Below are positions 11,597 to 24,789 of a DNA stretch of 64,000 nucleotides, piece by piece; the stretch's first letter is position 1, and every line of letters begins with the position of its first letter. Source of the stretch: Eledone cirrhosa (lineage: Eukaryota); contig OZ024743.1 in the NCBI GenBank assembly GCA_964016885.1, positions 4,588,001 through 4,652,000 on the forward strand, written 5' to 3'. The translations under genes were made by a program, and so were the position numbers. Below the pieces are notes generated by a model, which was not told where the DNA came from, ran no database searches, and was given only the letters and a program-made list of their open reading frames with translations.

Positions 11597-11648
11597 GTTT
11601 ATAATGAGTTTTTAAGTTAGTTAACTAACTTAAAAACTCATTATAAAC
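11597..11648. repeat. Perfect 52-bp palindrome
   Basis: gtttataatgagtttttaagttagtt|aactaacttaaaaactcattataaac. Confidence 0.95.
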
Positions 11649-11658
11649 TGTTACTAAC

Positions 11659-11790
11659 TGTCTCAGCACAGATCTTGAGAAACTGGGGTTCACAGAAGCA
11701 GAAACAGCACGGCTACTTAGAAAATTGCAAGTACAGACCATTAACGGAAATGTAAAAATAAGTAGAGCATTCCAGAAATTCAGCATGTAT
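11659..11790 (+). mobile_element. C-terminal fragment of RLE-type non-LTR retrotransposon (R4/NeSL-like)
   Basis: CLSTDLEKLGFTEAETARLLRKLQVQTINGNVKISRAFQKFSMY resembles the post-RLE terminus. Confidence 0.55.
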
Positions 11791-11909
11791 TACCTCATAT
11801 ACACACATATAGATATATAGATATATATAGTACATGCACGTGTAACCTAAAACCTACAGAAGCACACCTGCACCTCCTATTACAAACGCACACAGAAATA
11901 CATACATTA

Positions 11910-11985
11910 ATAGTTGTTTCTACTTTTGGCACAAGGCCAGCAATTACCCAGTTCATTACTGGTACTTTATTTTATCGACCCCGTA
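11910..11985 (-). mobile_element. SINE family A 3' fragment
   Basis: ttgtttctacttttggcacaaggccagcaattaccca...tcgaccccgta. Confidence 0.85.
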
Positions 11986-12099
11986 CATTAATAGTGGAAG
12001 CCAACTGGTATTGGAGTTCAAAAGGAACAGACATTGGTAAAAGGGTGTTATTGATGTTGCTGTTGCTGATGTTGCCTTAGATTTCTCATCAAACTAGGA

Positions 12100-12700
12100 A
12101 ATGATTTACATATCATAGCACACAGTGCGCAGATAAGTTTTCCGCCTGCAGAGTGACACATTTAGGTACAGATGCCACATGTAAAATCAATGTGTATTGG
12201 AAACTCAAAGGTGTTATTTCCATGTAAATGACATCCATATCTCTCAAAGATAAGAGTCTCTTCGAAACCCCATTCTGGGAGCGGAATAACATGACCCATA
12301 ATTTTAGCTGCTCGCTTCACTTCAGCGTAGCTCCCATCACTCTCGCTTCTGCTCAAATTCCTTATCATTCTTAGCAATCAGATTTCGCCACTGGGTTCTC
12401 TCTGTTGCAAAATTTTCTGTTTCAGTGCTGATGTTGATGTTCTTCATAATATGCTTCAGGCAGTCTTTAAAGCGCTCGTGTGGCTTGCACTGTAGGCGTT
12501 TGCCTTGCAACAGCTCTCCTTACAATACATGTTTTTGGAATCTGCTGTCCTCTAGGAGTAATATGTGACCTAACCATCGGGGACGCTGTTTCATGATCAT
12601 GGTCTCGATGCTTGGCAGCTTGGCAGTCAAGCCCACTGCAACACATCAGTATCTTGAGGATGGAGTGCAAGCATTGTTGGTAAACTTCTTGGGGTAACCT
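12100..12700 (-). mobile_element. Degenerate RTE-clade LINE C-terminal fragment
   Basis: QQCLHSILKI...LPSIETMIMKQRPRWLGHI...GELLQGKR...ERFKDCLK...QWR...FTCGICT with stops and frameshifts. Confidence 0.8.
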
Positions 12701-13121
12701 AGAAAAGAATGCACATGAATATTATAAGATCTATTAAAGTTAACATGAATAACACAGAAAGATATTGAAAGATATAGTGAGAAATATATGTATTAGCTTT
12801 TGCTGCGTAAAATACAAAATATACCAAAATAAACTGGAGTATCCTAAGCAGTATATAAATATATAAATATAACTGGTACTCGCTCTAAATTACGTCTCTG
12901 ACTAATATAAAGAAGTATCATAAGCACATATATGCCAGGAGTAAATTGACATTTATATTGATATTGTTATTTCATATTCTCGTGTATTTCGCGTGTATAT
13001 TCTTATTTGTATTATATAACTTTAGATAGCTATTATCTGGTATCCAGCACTCTATTACTATCACATAAGCATATATTGAAAGATATGTCTGTCTGTCTGT
13101 GTGAGGAGGGTGTTCGTGTGT

Positions 13122-13315
13122 CACACCTGTCAACTCTCCCCGTCCGACCGGGAGAATTCCATTCATTTTGGAGTAGGTGAGAGATGTCTTCTCTTGTAAA
13201 AATGGGTATAGTCTTCATTATGTAAAATATCCCTATTTAGCCTCATTTCTCCCCCTTTTGGGGCACTTTTTTTCTTGGTACTCCCCGTTTGGGTTTTTAG
13301 AGGTTGGCAGGTCTA
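13122..13315. mobile_element. Putative MITE with short TIRs
   Basis: acctgtcaac ... gttggcaggt; flanked by gtgtgt on both sides. Confidence 0.45.
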
Positions 13316-13334
13316 GTGTGTATTTCTAAAAAGT

Positions 13335-13596
13335 CTAAAGTCTGTCTTAAGCCAGAAGTCTCATTTGGCCGGTGCTTATCCTGGTTTCATGGCGTGAAGC
13401 GACTGAGAGTACAGGACGCCAGTCCATCGCAGGGTTAAGCCCCCAGCTATTGCTGGTACTCATTTTCAGCTGAGTATACTGGAGCAACGTGAAATGAAGT
13501 GTTTCGCTCAAGAACACAACACGCAACCCAGGAATCGAGCCCACGACATTATAATCGTAAGTCCAACACACTTACCACTAGGTCACGTGCCTCCAC
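13335..13596 (-). mobile_element. tRNA-derived SINE, family B (CORE/V-like body)
   Basis: ggaggcacgtgacctagtggt...ggctcgattcc...gtgttcttgagcgaaacacttcatttcacgttgctccag...cctgcgatggactggcgtcc...gaaaccaggataagc. Confidence 0.85.
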
Positions 13597-14030
13597 GCTG
13601 TGTATTTATATAAGTGTGTATGTGTACGATAATTTCTGTTTATATTTCGGTAAATATTTTTGTAATCAGATTTTCCTGTGATGTACTTTGTCTCACTTTC
13701 CTGGAGATTCAAAACGAAAAGTATTAACATCAAGGTCGTTTCATATTGAGGTCTCATTATATATATATATAATGATAAAGTGAACTGAAATGTATACCTG
13801 CGTATTGATTTCTCAAAACAATATAGGCCATCATTGTCGATGTGTGTGTAAATAAATGTAAACCGTATTTTGTTGATTAGTAACGTAAATGTTTACAATT
13901 ATGTTGGCAGCTATCACTGTAAACAATTACGCTAGGTTTTCCAATATTAATGAACTTTTTTCAGATTTCCTATAAATATCGTTACTATTTCAGCTACGTT
14001 AGTCTAGCCTGGTATTCCTATAGAACATAC

Positions 14031-14068
<38 letters not shown>

Positions 14069-14286
14069 CATACACACATATATATATGGGTGGGGGGGGG
14101 ATCTATATCTAGATATATGTTTACACACACATATATGTATGTGTGTGTGAGTGTGCATCTCTCTGTTTCTCTCTATCTATCTATCTCTTTTACACGTTTT
14201 TATTGTATGTAAACTTCCCCCTTTGTATTTGTCCCCTTCTTTTGTGCCCCTGTGGCTAATAAAGAAACATATCTATCTATCTATCT

Positions 14287-14323
<37 letters not shown>

Positions 14324-14388
14324 TTATTCCGGGTTGAATCGGAGGTAACCACAGTAAGTAAGGTACGCAATACATAGCAGAGTATAAA

Positions 14389-14495
14389 AGTTTTAATATA
14401 GAAGAGCCTCTACAGGACTAGAACTCTTTCATTTGTGATGATTTCTCCCGAATGAAACGGTTCTAGTCCTGTAGAAGCTCTTCTATATTAAAACT
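14389..14495. repeat. Inverted pLTR-like hairpin containing a partial hammerhead (TGATGA..GAAAC..TC)
   Basis: agttttaatatagaagagcctctacaggactagaac / gttctagtcctgtagaagctcttctatattaaaact; related 3' half at about 63640-63685. Confidence 0.7.
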
Positions 14496-14528
14496 ATATA
14501 TATATATATATATATATAACGTTATTAA

Positions 14529-14613
<85 letters not shown>

Positions 14614-14671
14614 ACGTTATCTATATATATATATATAACGTTATCTAGCACTTTCCGACCCTACCACGCCG

Positions 14672-14717
<46 letters not shown>

Positions 14718-14974
14718 TATAAATTATGCATACAAACTAATGGAAGAGGAGAGATAAGTGATTAGTTGTGAGAGTGATATGGCAATAGTGAGGGGGACAG
14801 TGTACTCAATACATATTAGATGCAAGACAAGCGAACAATGTGAGAAATAATGTCAAGCAAAAAATTGTATAAGCAGAGCTTCAATACAAAAATTAAATGT
14901 TAGAGAAAACAATACCAAATTCTTGAACGTTCAAGAATTTGATACTGTTTCTCTAGCATTTAATTTTTGTATAT

Positions 14975-15138
14975 ATAAGGAAGGAAGTGTGGTAAGGAAC
15001 CAGGTGGACCATAACGCACCAGAGTACTCGATACTTTGGGTAGTAGAGTGGGTAATAGGAAAAGAGTCAGTACCCCGACGGCTGAGCTCCGGCTGTTTGG
15101 ACAGCTAGTTCTCAGTCGGGGTCCTGACTCTTTTCCTA
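14975..15138. mobile_element. (TA)n-embedded repeat family with terminal hairpin (also about 21775-21830 and 60047-60237); probable PLE pLTR remnant
   Basis: gggtagtagagtgggtaata...ccccgacggctgagctccggc shared between copies. Confidence 0.65.
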
Positions 15139-15139
15139 A

Positions 15140-15224
<85 letters not shown>

Positions 15225-15240
15225 TATGTATATACATATA

Positions 15241-15633
<393 letters not shown>

Positions 15634-15751
15634 CGTGAAGTATAACACTTTCAACTATTCTTCTGTACAGAGATCTCATGCTAGTATTTGAGACGTTGTT
15701 GTGTCCTCATCAGAGAATTACTATCTCTATTATTCTTTGCAATAGTATTTA

Positions 15752-15971
15752 GGGCGGTGCATTGGCAGTGTCGGTAGAGTCGGACACGATACTTTGCCGC
15801 ATAGAGTTACAGTCCTTTACGGTCTGAGTTCAAATCCCGCCGAGGTTAACTTTGCCTTTCATCCTTACGGGGTCGATAAAATAAAACACCAGTAACGTAC
15901 TGGGGTCGATTTAATCGACTCCCCCCCCCCCCCCCAATTACTGACCTTGTGCTTTTACTAGAAATCATTAT
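15752..15971 (+). mobile_element. SINE family A (variant with gtcgatttaatcgac-C-run insert)
   Basis: A/B boxes and central domain as in other copies. Confidence 0.9.
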
Positions 15972-16855
15972 TGCTTGCAATAGTAACGTTATGTATGCCA
16001 TACATAATATTAAAAATACCTTAAATAGCCTGTCTAACTTACATACAAGACACACATTGGGTGTATATGTATCTATATATGCATCTATACACGCATATGA
16101 AAAAACGCGTAACGGGTATATATGTATGTATACACACATGTACATGCATGTGAAAAAGTGAAAGATTGTGTGTGTATGAATGAGAGAGGGAGAAAGAGAG
16201 AAGTAGACAAATAGAGAGAGAGAAAGAAAAAAGTAGACATATATATATAGAGAGAGAGAGAGACAGAGAGAGAGAGAGATAGAAAGAGAGAAATAGTGAT
16301 TTGGGGATAGAGAGATTGAAACATTAATGATAAATTGAACGAAAATAAAGACAGGTGGTTTGACGTCAAAAGACTATTTGTTAAATATTTCTGAATGTTT
16401 TATGATGTATTGTATTTTAGGACATTTGTCGATTATCTGTTTCTTCCTTCTTAAACTCTCACTACATTAGACTTCGTACATCACATGAATAATGCTTGTT
16501 TTGCCCGATAGGAACGTCAATGATATTTACTCACTCGTCACTTGAACAATCGTAGCTGATTTATAAATGTGTAAACATATCGTATGTGCCTTCATATATA
16601 CGTCTATTATGAATCACACTATGTTAATAATATTACTAATTGATCCCAGCTAAATCAAGTACGTACTATATGCAAATGAACTTCTCCAGCTGACGTTTTA
16701 TACGCAAAATGCATGTAAATGTTTTAATGCATGTTTAACACCTTACAATCATTTATAGAGTAGTATGGGAGTATGAATGTTAACTTTGGTTTAGCTCTAT
16801 TTGGTTCGTTGATGGGTTTAATCTGCCTCAGTGAGAGTGTATGATATTAGTGCCG

Positions 16856-16919
16856 AGTGAGTAAACATCACTGATGATGGATAGGGATCCTAAAATACTA
16901 GTGTATGTTGTGTTCACTC
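16856..16919 (+). ncRNA. Decayed hammerhead motif
   Basis: acatca-CTGATGA-t-GGAT-aggg-ATCC-t-AAAA(G12->A)-TACTAGTG-TA|tgttgt; outer gagtga/tcactc. Confidence 0.55.
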
Positions 16920-17577
16920 AGCTATTGAAACAACTGTGACATGATAACAACTTAAAACATTCATAGTGAAATACATAACATAATTACATACCGAATATCA
17001 GATAATTTCACGGACTTTTTTCCGTAAACTCGTACTACGAAGAAGTCAGGGAAATATCTTAACATCTTGTGTTTATTTATTTCAAACAATATTACTGAAG
17101 CCACTGCACAGAGTCTGATATTTCAGCTACGTGCGTCGCAGCTGATGAATGATTCTTACAAGCCTCAGAAACGGGATGAGATAACTTCATTATCTTTACG
17201 TTAGCATTTAGCACAAAAATTATTTTGCGTTGAGATAAAATTTGCTTACACTAAAGGTCTAATTTGTTTTTCAAAATAATTTATTCACCCCTTCACAAGA
17301 GTTTTCAATGGCAATTATCGTTTCAATAACACTTCAATTTTAACTTAGCATTAACTTCCGCGATCTATTGATATCTTATGGTTACAGTATAAAAGTTTGT
17401 AATTTTGACAACTCAATGTGTGTATGTGAATGTGATATTTTGGTGATTCTGGAAAATAAACTGGAATTTAAATATTTAATACTTTTTAAAACGAATACAG
17501 AAACTTATTTGTTATGCAATAATATCTTTTTTTTTTCAAATGAGAAAATAAATGAATAAATAAATCAACATCTTGAA

Positions 17578-17937
17578 CAAGGGTCTTTGGAGTAACGTTA
17601 CTCGATAGAGTGCTTAGTTCGGAGATCAGAAAGTCACTCCAGATAGAGCCACTTCTTCTCCTAATTGAGGGATCACAGATCCGATACTATGGGCATTGAG
17701 TGAGAATGTCTCAGGAAAGAATCGCTGGACAGATTTTACAGGCAAAACCAACTGGCAGGAGATCCAGGGGTAGACCCCAAGCAAGATAGTTGGATAACAT
17801 CCATGAGCTTGGCTGGCCACGCTTGGAGATCCAGTCGGATCAGTTGGAGATGGTTGCTTCTGACAGGACCTGTTGGAAGAAGTGTTTGAGAACTCTACCC
17901 TCATGACCCTCTCGGGAATATGTGGGCGAAGAACAAC
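17578..17937 (+). mobile_element. RTE-clade LINE 3' end, family R1
   Basis: GVTLLDRVLSSEIRKSLQIEPLLLLIEGSQIRYYGH*VRMSQERIAGQILQAKPTGRRSRGRPQAR*LDNI...VASDRTCWK. Confidence 0.85.
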
Positions 17938-18179
17938 ATCAATTTGAACAACAATAAGTTCTCTATTTGTTTCCTACATGTAACGAATATGGGATATTCG
18001 AACGTATGTCTGACAAAATTATTGGGAAATAATGATCTTTAGCAGAGGCACAATTTAGGGGCGGGGGCGGAAGTCATTCGACTGTATAGGTACCAATATA
18101 TAACTGGTACTTTATCTTATGTACAGCAGGAAGATGTACATATAAAGTAATGTAATAATGATAACGTTAATAACAACAA

Positions 18180-18345
18180 TACTGGCAGTGGAGACTTCTG
18201 GTGTACTCGGCCCTAGGGCTACCTCCCTACTCACCACCATAGGCGCTGAGCTGGCCAGCCTCAGGTGTGAACCCCGCGAGTTGGAGTGGCTTTTCCAGCG
18301 CGTCTCCCTTGCCATCCTCCGGGGAAACGCTTTCTCCATCCAGTC
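18180..18345 (+). mobile_element. CRE-clade non-LTR retrotransposon C-terminal (RLE) fragment
   Basis: LAVETSGVLGP...WLFQRVSLAILRGNAFSI. Confidence 0.8.
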
Positions 18346-18419
18346 CACCGGGCCTGTGGCGGAGCCCCATCGCGTAACATTCTATATTTAAGTATGTGCA
18401 CTATAATATACATGCATAA

Positions 18420-18672
18420 TGTGTTTCTAATTTAGGCACAAGGAAAATAGTTTTGTGGGGACAAGGATAGTCTATTATATCGACCTAAGTACTTGACTGT
18501 TACATTGAAGGGTAGTCGATTAAATTGAGCCTATTACTTAACGGGTACTTTAATTTATCGATCTCGGAAAGATGAATGGTAAGTTTAATACTAGTAGGAT
18601 GAGAAATCACGCACAAAGCAAAATACTACAAAGCAGTTCATCCGCTGCGCCACCAATTTTGCCAATATACCA
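18420..18672 (-). mobile_element. Degenerate SINE family A
   Basis: gtttctaatttaggcacaagg...ggtactttaatttatcgatctcggaaagatgaatgg. Confidence 0.65.
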
Positions 18673-18759
18673 TCACGTGAGAATGGGGTATGGAAATATA
18701 TTGAAACTGTGCCAATTGTTGTGGGCATTGTTATAATTACAAAGAAAATAAAATTATGG

Positions 18760-19028
18760 TTGGAGAGATTTTTCATGCAAAACCAAATGGAAAGAGACCC
18801 AGAGGTAGACCCCGAACAGTTGAATAACATCCATGAGCTCGGCTGATCTCGCTTTTGAATCCAGCCACATCAATTGGATACGGTTGCTTCCGACAGGATC
18901 AGCTGGAAGGTATGCTTGAAGACACTGCCCCCTTAACCCTCCCAGGAGTATGTGGAAGAAGAAGAAGAAGAAGAAGAAGAAGAAGAAGAAGAAGAAGAAG
19001 AAGAAGAAGAAGAAGAAGAAGAAGAAGA
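18760..19028 (+). mobile_element. RTE family R1 3' end with long (GAA)n tail
   Basis: Homologous to 17.7-17.9 kb; ends in GAA repeat. Confidence 0.85.
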
Positions 19029-20029
19029 GTTCCTGTAACCCCCAACATTTATTCGAAAAGAAACGTTTAACTTGCCTTAATGTTTGTTTAATGTAGCCAT
19101 ATGTTTAATTTGCCACAGACCAATATGGCGTACTATAGAGACAGTCATATCTTTGACACAGAAATCATCTAGTGACATAAACTGGCCTTTCTCTAGCGTG
19201 CCATCAAGTGAACGTCATATCTTTACATCACTTCCCAGCGATCAATAGAAGTGAGGAAGAATATAATATATAGAAGGAAGGAAAGAAAGAAGGAAAGAAA
19301 GAAAGAAAGAAATGAAGAGAGGTTCTCTGATAAGCTGTAACTTTTTAGTTGAGCTTATTTTTGAGACACCCTTCTATCATCAGTCCTATATGTGGCTGAT
19401 CATCTCATGTGTTCTAGGTTTCCCATTGCGTCACAATGAAAGACATGTGTAAGTCCAACGCCCCCGGAGTTGTTGTCACATAATATAGAATACAGTCTTT
19501 CTTTGCCCTCGACTGTTGTTTATCATTTTCAAGAGAAAAAAAAATGAAGAAAAAGAAAACATATAGCTGAAACATTAAAATAAAAGAAGATACATAAAAT
19601 AAAAATAGTACGAATAAATAAACAGAGCTTTCTGAAATATCGCTAGTGTTTTAACTAAAGTGGTCTGAGAATGATAGATAACCATAACTTTCATACTGGT
19701 GTTAAAGTCATTCCTTAAAAAGATGCACGCCTGCTCCACTTCAACAAGAGTGATCATTGTAAGTTTGAAATCGTTGGATACTAGTCAGTACCTCTTATTA
19801 ATGATGGTCGGGGAGAGAAAGAACTGTAAGTGTTGTGGTGTAGTATGGTGTGATAGTATGTGGTGTGGTGAAATGTGGTGTTGTTTGTAAATATGTGTAT
19901 ATTCAAGAATGAATGAATGTATGTGTGTAAGTGCATATCTATATAGCGATAGTTGTTGGGGTGCATGTGTGCGGAAATGTGTGAGTGCCTATTTGTGTGC
20001 TTCATAAGAGAGCAATATTCTCAGCGAGA

Positions 20030-20300
20030 GAATATATATATATATGCATGTATTCATGGTGTATGTGAATATGTATACATACGAGTATGTCTATGTGTGT
20101 ATGTATGTATGTATATATGTATTTGTATGTGCGTATGTATGTACGTATGTATGTACGTATATATGTATGTATATATGTATATATGTATGTATGTATGTGC
20201 GTATGTGTGTACGTATGTATGTGCGTATGTACATATGTATGTATATATATGTATGTATATATGTATGTATATATGTATATATGTATGTGTGTATGTATGT
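20030..20300. repeat. Degenerate (GTAT)/(TA) low-complexity tract
   Basis: Direct reading. Confidence 0.9.
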
Positions 20301-20729
20301 AGTTATTGCATATGTGATTTTTTTTTTGTAAATATACACTCTTGCACACATAGATAGTATGTGGTTATGTATTTTTATTTGTTGATAAACGTATTCATGT
20401 GTACGTTGAGGAATATATATTTTCTGCATGTATTACATTTATATGCAGGTCTGGAAATGAAAGTTATCAATAAAGACCATACATACACATACAGACAAAC
20501 ATTTATACATATACACATATACACACAGATAAACATGCTTACACACACAGATACACACGTGCTTGTAAATGTAGATGTGTGCATACATGCATCTACACAC
20601 GTACATCGAAAAATATATTACAGTGAACATGATGTAAATATATTGGACAACTGGGAACATGATCATAAGTTCAAACACAGCTAAAGACATTCTTTTGAGC
20701 TCCTTTAACAAGGCATATATCGGCCATAT

Positions 20730-20872
20730 TGGCGGCGAATTGGCAGAATCTTTAGAACGTCGGCTAGAATGCTTTGTGGTATTCGACCCGCCTCTCTGCT
20801 CTCCGAGTTGAAATCCCGCCGAGGTCAAATTTGCTTTTCATCCATTCGAGGTCGATAAAAAAAAGTACCAGT
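20730..20872 (+). mobile_element. SINE family A (diverged, 3' truncated)
   Basis: ggcggcgaattggcagaatc...gagttgaaatcccgccgaggtcaaatttgcttttcatcc. Confidence 0.8.
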
Positions 20873-21254
20873 CTAGTAGTGAGATGGCTTCTTTCTCTAA
20901 ATCTCTTTCTCATTTCCTCTCTTTCACTTTCTATCTTTCTCTGGCAGAAATCTGACTGGAAAGGAATGGGCTCCGCCAGGCTTAAAATACCTAAGAAACG
21001 CCGTATGTCAATACGTCGTCCCTGCAAATCTATAAAGAGTTACAGGACCACACACATACATATCGGTTTTGCTTTCCAGACTCACCCTGGCTGAAAAACC
21101 TTTTCACTGCTATGGAATATACATTAATGTGTTTGTATGAGTTTGAGTATGTAGGTGTGTGTTTAGTTTCTTTCTTTCTTTTCATTTTCTAATTGTAATC
21201 ATACATAGTCTCTATTTTCTAACTCAAGCAATCTAATTAAAAAATAGAGACTAA

Positions 21255-21320
<66 letters not shown>

Positions 21321-21329
21321 TCCAAAAGA

Positions 21330-21714
21330 TGGCAACATGAATGGACCAGTTATTTTTCTCAAAAAAATGTTTTCCGATTCCACCCTGCTCGTCCCCTCAA
21401 TCTTTCTAAATTCTCATTCTTTCGTCTAATGAAGGATTAGACGAACGAAACGTTAAGACCATCTTCCTGCTATTTCAAGTGTTAAACTAATTTATCCCTT
21501 CCATATACTTTATCGTTTGTATTGTTATTTCTATATATCCTGTATTTCTTATCACTCTTTATCTTTCTAGTTCAGCTTTTATTTCTGATTCTATCTTCTG
21601 ATAAAGGACTAGTGTCCGAAGCGTTAAGACTCGTTTCCTATAATTTGAAGCGTTAAACTAAAATATTTCTTCATCGTATTGTGTCTTTTGCTTTATTATT
21701 CCTGTTTACGTTTT

Positions 21715-21715
<1 letters not shown>
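21330..21715 (+). mobile_element. PLE-pLTR-like repeat with two tandem decayed minimal hammerheads (about 21421-21460 and 21594-21630); same family as 48760-48975
   Basis: tctt-CTGATAA-A-GGAC-tagt-GTCC-GAAG-CG-TT|aaga; flanks align with the 48.8-kb copy. Confidence 0.7.
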
Positions 21716-21778
<63 letters not shown>

Positions 21779-21910
21779 ATCCAGGCCCGACGGCTGAGCT
21801 CCGGCCGTTTCGACAGCTAGATCCGAACATATATATATACTACCTGAATGTGCGGTTTTCATCACTAAAGAAAGAGCCCTCAATGTGTAATCATAGAGAT
21901 AATATATTAT

Positions 21911-22082
21911 ATTGTATGAAATACATGGCACTCCGAGTTTGCCGAAGCAAGTTGATTTTACTTCGTTCTTCAGCCACCAGGGGGTCACTGCCGACAGAAG
22001 AACAAAGAAAAATCAACTTGCTTCGGGAAACTCGGAGTACCTAGGAAGGTATACGCCAATTTTCTATGTATTTCATACAATA
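21911..22082. repeat. Inverted pair of hammerhead motifs (minus about 21924-21977; plus about 21990-22045)
   Basis: Consensus of the two arms: CTGAAGA-a-CGAAGTAA..TTGCTTCG-g-GAAA-CTC-g-GAG-TA; each arm carries different lesions. Confidence 0.65.
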
Positions 22083-23055
22083 TATATCGTATAGAAATGA
22101 ATAGAAGTACATGAATAGAAGTGGTTAATTTGTTGGAATGTTCTGGTGATTTCAGACGAATGAGAGAGTTTTAGTCATGAAGAAGTCATTTCTAAATGAA
22201 ATAACTATCTATCTTCACCACTAATGTATTCAATACCTTATTTACATATGGTTTCCACCAATCCCCTTCGGAAAACCAAAAGTATGTGTATATATATGAA
22301 GGTGAAGACACATCAGCATTGAATATAATTTTCTGACGAAAATGTGGGAGTGAGTATTGGCAAGAAGACAAGACTCGAAAGGGGAAACGAAAACAAGGAA
22401 AACAACACGGAACTCCCGATCTTCAGCTGTCCCTCAATGAAGAATATATTCCTGAATATTCCTGGAAGATGAGTGGATTATAATTATGATGACGGCGATA
22501 TATATTGCGAAAGAAAATAATTGTTTCTACATTTGGCACAAGGCCAGCAATTTGAAGGGAGGGGGAAGTTGATTAAATCGGACCCCAGTGTGTTACTGGT
22601 GCTTTATATACATTACATCACAATGAATAGTATCACTTAGAACATAATTATGAGAAGTTTGAAAGGTAGTTGACTCTGAAATGGGAATACAAATGGAATA
22701 AAATAAGTTTCGCGTAAATCGGGGCACTGGTTCCCGAGATACGGGTCTTTTTCGGGTACCTTCATAAATAGAGAGAAAGAGATACAAATATTGATCTATT
22801 TCAAATGAGACACAGAATAAAAGAACCATATACGAAAAAATTCGTTAAGACCTGGGTATTTAGATTGCTTAACAATGAATGTTTGCCTCTGAGGTGATAA
22901 TGGTTCCTTTATTTTAAGGTACTCTAATGTGACCTTCCCTATAGTCAATTCTGAGCCTTATTTGAGATACATCAATATTTGTATATATATACTAGACCGC
23001 CCGTGACCCGTTCACTTCAAAATATGTTTTTTAAATCATTTTCACTTAAAAATAA

Positions 23056-23121
<66 letters not shown>

Positions 23122-23124
23122 GAG

Positions 23125-23578
23125 TTGTGTCTACCAAGATGGAGAGCTTCCATCGTTGCCATGCAAAAACAGCAAATTTTCAGGTTTTTTTGGCTCCTCT
23201 ATGTACAGCTGATATCCAGTTTCCAGGGTCCTTTGCTGACTCTTCCCATTTCGCTTCATCAATGCAGAATTCTTTCAGGGTAATCCTACATTGGTCCTTG
23301 AAGCACAGCTTAGGATGTCCTATGCTCCTCTTCCATCTCCTAGTTCTCCTTACAGCATCTGCTTGTGTGCTCTGGATTCATCCATTCGTGAGATAAAACC
23401 AAACCTTTTCGGTCGTCTAGATTTAAGAATTGGGTAGACTGACACAACATTTGCTCTCTGAAGAACTTCAGTATCTGGAATTTTATCTTGCCTTATGATG
23501 GTGCGGATCTTCCTCATACAGCGCAAGCGAAAGCTGTTAAATCTTCCTTCTTGGGCTGAGTACATTGTTCAAGTCCTA
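23125..23578 (-). mobile_element. Degenerate RTE (BovB-like) LINE fragment
   Basis: YSAQEGRFNSFRLRCMRKI...QDKIPDTEVLQRA...GHPKLCFKDQC. Confidence 0.8.
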
Positions 23579-23589
23579 TAAATAATATT

Positions 23590-23815
23590 TGAAAGGCCAC
23601 TCGTCTGCTAGACGGACAAAACCAGCCTACAGGAGACTCGGAGTTAGACCCCGAGCAAGATGGTTTAATAACATCTATGAGCTTTGCTGGTCTGGCTTGG
23701 GGATCCGGCCAGATCAGCTGGAAACGGTTGCTTCTGACAGGACTGGCTGGAAGGAGTGTTTGAGACTCTGCCCTGCCCCAACAACCCTGTCAGTAATAAG
23801 TGGGCGAAGAAGAAG
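23590..23815 (+). mobile_element. RTE family R1 3' end
   Basis: RPRARWFNNIYELCWSGLGIRPDQLETVASDRTGWK; gaagaagaag tail. Confidence 0.85.
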
Positions 23816-24404
23816 GATTTATACAATTATTTAAGGATATGTAAGTTGTGTATCTTTAGTCATGAGATTGCATCTATGTATTATTTGATTGAAAAGTAAT
23901 TAATAAAACTTTAAATTTTCGCCTACGAGAAAGTCTTTCATTTTTCTCTAACAACAAAGTTGTTGGAATTCCACGAAGTCAACTTAGAAATCACTGCATT
24001 TGACTGATAAATAATTTCAGTTTTCACGAGCTCTAGAAACAAAGATAGGCTCCAAAATCATTAATAGAAAATAGAAAAAAAATATAATAATAAGATTACG
24101 TACGCTAATAAACAGACTCTATTCTTGAACGGGAGATTAACTTTTACATTTGAAGTTTCTGCACCTGACAAATTTATAAACTTTCCCAGGATGAGGGAGA
24201 TAATTTGAAAGTAAAATGGTTTCTTCAATTTATTTATTACAAAAGACAAATTGTAATAATTATTCAATAACATTTTCGTTATAAAATACTACACCGAATA
24301 CTAAGTAAATAGCACCATCGATTTTCTTGTAAAATAAAAAAAGAAAGAAATGATTACGAAGTTATTTTCACATTTATGAGCTACTAATTTCTTATATATA
24401 CAAA

Positions 24405-24694
24405 CTAGCTGAATTACCCGGCGTTGCTCGGGTTACTGCTGTTCTTCAGATTAGTAAACAAGAAATTTGAAGATACGTTTTTTTCTCATAATTATTTCAA
24501 AATATCTATATTTTATTTTTTTAAATATCAAAATTGCAATAATAGAATTTAGAAATGAAAATCTGTCAATCTTGAAGCATCTTAGGGTACACTATATTCA
24601 TTGTGTAATTCATGTAGGTGTAGGTGTGTGTGTATTTATTAACGTACCTAATGAACGCGCAAACATTTGGTCCAGCCGTTGAGAATGCATAGGA

Positions 24695-24745
<51 letters not shown>

Positions 24746-24775
24746 GTGAGACAAAGAATTTTATAGAGAGAGAGA
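24405..24775 (-). mobile_element. Non-autonomous Helitron with (GACA)n
   Basis: Minus strand A|TC...(TGTC)n...cccgagcaacgccgggtaattcagCTAG|T; same 3' hairpin as 9106-10156. Confidence 0.8.
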
Positions 24776-24789
24776 TATTTATTTATTTA

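Noticed and set aside
17138-17180. CTGATGA...GAAAC motif
   Set aside because: Stems I and III cannot be formed convincingly
18855-19070. Poly-Arg protein
   Set aside because: (GAA)n tail of an RTE 3' fragment
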